Origin: Candidatus Aenigmatarchaeota archaeon
GTDB taxonomy: Archaea; Aenigmatarchaeota; Aenigmatarchaeia; Aenigmatarchaeales; Aenigmatarchaeaceae
Length of the DNA: 37,007 nucleotides
Assembly (NCBI GenBank): GCA_043814985.1
Contig: JBDRJK010000008.1
Span: 1-37,007, forward strand
Reading direction: 5' to 3'
Shown here: positions 35,732 to 37,007 of the stretch, one piece after another
Layout of the letters: each line of letters begins with the position of its first letter
Position numbering within the stretch: position 1 is the stretch's first letter
Made by a program: the position numbers and the translations under genes
The notes under the pieces: model-generated
What the model was told of the DNA's origin: nothing
Databases searched by the model: none
Seen by the model: only the letters and a program-made list of their open reading frames with translations

Positions 35732-36753
35732 CCAATTTGACTTGCAAGCTCGGCCAGTTTCTTGGGATGTATTTGAGGAACAGTTTCTCCCATGAATTCA
35801 AGGTAACCTTCCCATGCCTTAAGTGACTGGGATGTAGGGGCTCTGGGGAACACCCTGAACTGGTTGCAATAACTGTCCTTTGCAGAAGCGGAAAGGTTTA
35901 TGACATTGAACTGGTCGCTTATCTCGGAAATTATTTTAACTGACTTCTGGATGAACTTGGCAACAGCCTCTGTTTCCTTGTCATTCATCTGGAAGCATGG
36001 GTTCTCCAAATTAATTGTAACCAGCTCAACCTTGCCGAACGCAGGCGACCATTCAACATAAAGAGCTGTTTTAGAAGCAGCATCATAGTCAATGACCAAA
36101 CCCTCATTGTTCATGGCCTTGACCCAGGACTTCCACCAATCACTGCTTTTAGTCGTGTTCATTGACAGCAGGGTCTTTGCCAGGGGCGTGTCCTCGCAGT
36201 GGAACTGGCCGTGGAAATGCTCCAGAGAAGCTGCGGCCTTGGGACCAAAGTTGATGTGGCTCGACACATACTTCTTCTTGCTAAGCTTCCCTATTTTCTT
36301 GACAAGGTTAATCCCGTCGATCCAGTTGTTCAAACTGAGTTGATCGGGATCAATCACATGTTGCTTGTAATTGTAAACCACGACGCCATGGAACCTGCTG
36401 GTTGTGAACCAGTTCGAGAAGGCCATTGACTCGTTTAGAAAGTACTGCTTATCCAGTCCCAGCTCAGGGGAGAACTTGGCACACTTTTCCGGATCGCAGA
36501 ACATGCACTCGCCCGCCAGAACCTTGGGTTTTAGGCCTGCAGTGATTTCAACTTTTCTCAGTTCCCTGTCAGGATCTATCCTTGACTTGGAAAGAAAAGC
36601 AGGATTCTCCCTTATGTTAATTTCAAAAGATATTGGTTCGTCATCAGGATTGAGAACAGGTGAGTTTGCTACTTTCTCAAGCTTCTTCAAGTCAATCTCT
36701 TTAATGTCTTTCAATTCGTCCGCAAGCTCTTTAATCATAAGAATATTTGTCAT
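35728..36753 (-). CDS. GalT/HIT-superfamily nucleotidyltransferase
   Basis: CMFC zinc motif and NFGPKAAASLEHFHGQ (HxHxQ). Confidence 0.8.
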   Translation of the reverse strand: MTNILMIKELADELKDIKEIDLKKLEKVANSPVLNPDDEPISFEINIRENPAFLSKSRIDPDRELRKVEITAGLKPKVLAGECMFCDPEKCAKFSPELGLDKQYFLNESMAFSNWFTTSRFHGVVVYNYKQHVIDPDQLSLNNWIDGINLVKKIGKLSKKKYVSSHINFGPKAAASLEHFHGQFHCEDTPLAKTLLSMNTTKSSDWWKSWVKAMNNEGLVIDYDAASKTALYVEWSPAFGKVELVTINLENPCFQMNDKETEAVAKFIQKSVKIISEISDQFNVINLSASAKDSYCNQFRVFPRAPTSQSLKAWEGYLEFMGETVPQIHPKKLAELASQIG

Positions 36754-36853
36754 CTTTCATTAATATAATTCTTTAGACATTGTCTTTAATCAAAGAATAA
36801 TTTAGAGAGCTGACGCCGAGAAGAGATAAAAAAATTCTCAAATACTGATTTTT

Positions 36854-37007
36854 CTAAACTGTTTTTACCAGTTGTCTCTTTGAAACACTTATGTCCACTT
36901 TCATAACGGTCTTTCTTTTGGAGGCTTTTGCTATCTGTACAGCACCTCTTAGGACGTCCATGGCAAACTTCTCTGTTATTCTTCTCATTTCCTTTTTTGA
37001 AATGTCA
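36854..37007 (-). CDS. Archaeal histone (5' end outside the window)
   Basis: Manual translation gives ...DISKKEMRRITEKFAMDVLRGAVQIAKASKRKTVMKVDISVSKRQLVKTV*, containing the alpha2-L2-alpha3 RKTVxxxD histone motif. Confidence 0.85.
   Translation of the reverse strand, partial: DISKKEMRRITEKFAMDVLRGAVQIAKASKRKTVMKVDISVSKRQLVKTV

Noticed and set aside
36854..36910. Apparent frameshift in the histone C-terminus
   Set aside because: Re-reading shows a continuous frame (RKTVMKVDISVS...TAG).

Overview
Archaeal chromosomal window. FEN1, aEF-1beta, archaeal TPI, a histone, an Alba-like protein and a class III signal peptide support this; a DPANN/Aenigmarchaeota-like origin is inferred only. The backbone carries a near-complete glycogen-to-3-phosphoglycerate gene set (GT4, GH57, GT3 glycogen synthase, debranching enzyme, PGM/PMM, cupin PGI, a probably PPi-type PFK, class II FBA, TPI, GAPN, GalT-like). 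It also carries leuBCD-like genes, a tetraether-synthase-like radical SAM enzyme, a PA14/Cys-rich surface protein and several orphan ORFs. The most unusual part is a visibly AT-rich island at about 28.3-32.0 kb with no integrase. It encodes a C2H2 zinc finger, a full ParB (CTPase-HTH-RHH-like), a second ParB paralog lacking the CTPase domain, and a translationally coupled, propeptide-less proteasome-beta-like Ntn hydrolase (Thr1/Asp17/Lys retained). Convergently, it encodes an RHH regulator and an HPPY-type DNA methyltransferase. Its left junction holds an internally deleted duplicate of the neighbouring inositol monophosphatase gene and several repeated hairpin/palindrome motifs. I found no CRISPR array, tRNA, rRNA or transposase. 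All calls come from reading motifs by eye; no database searches were run.
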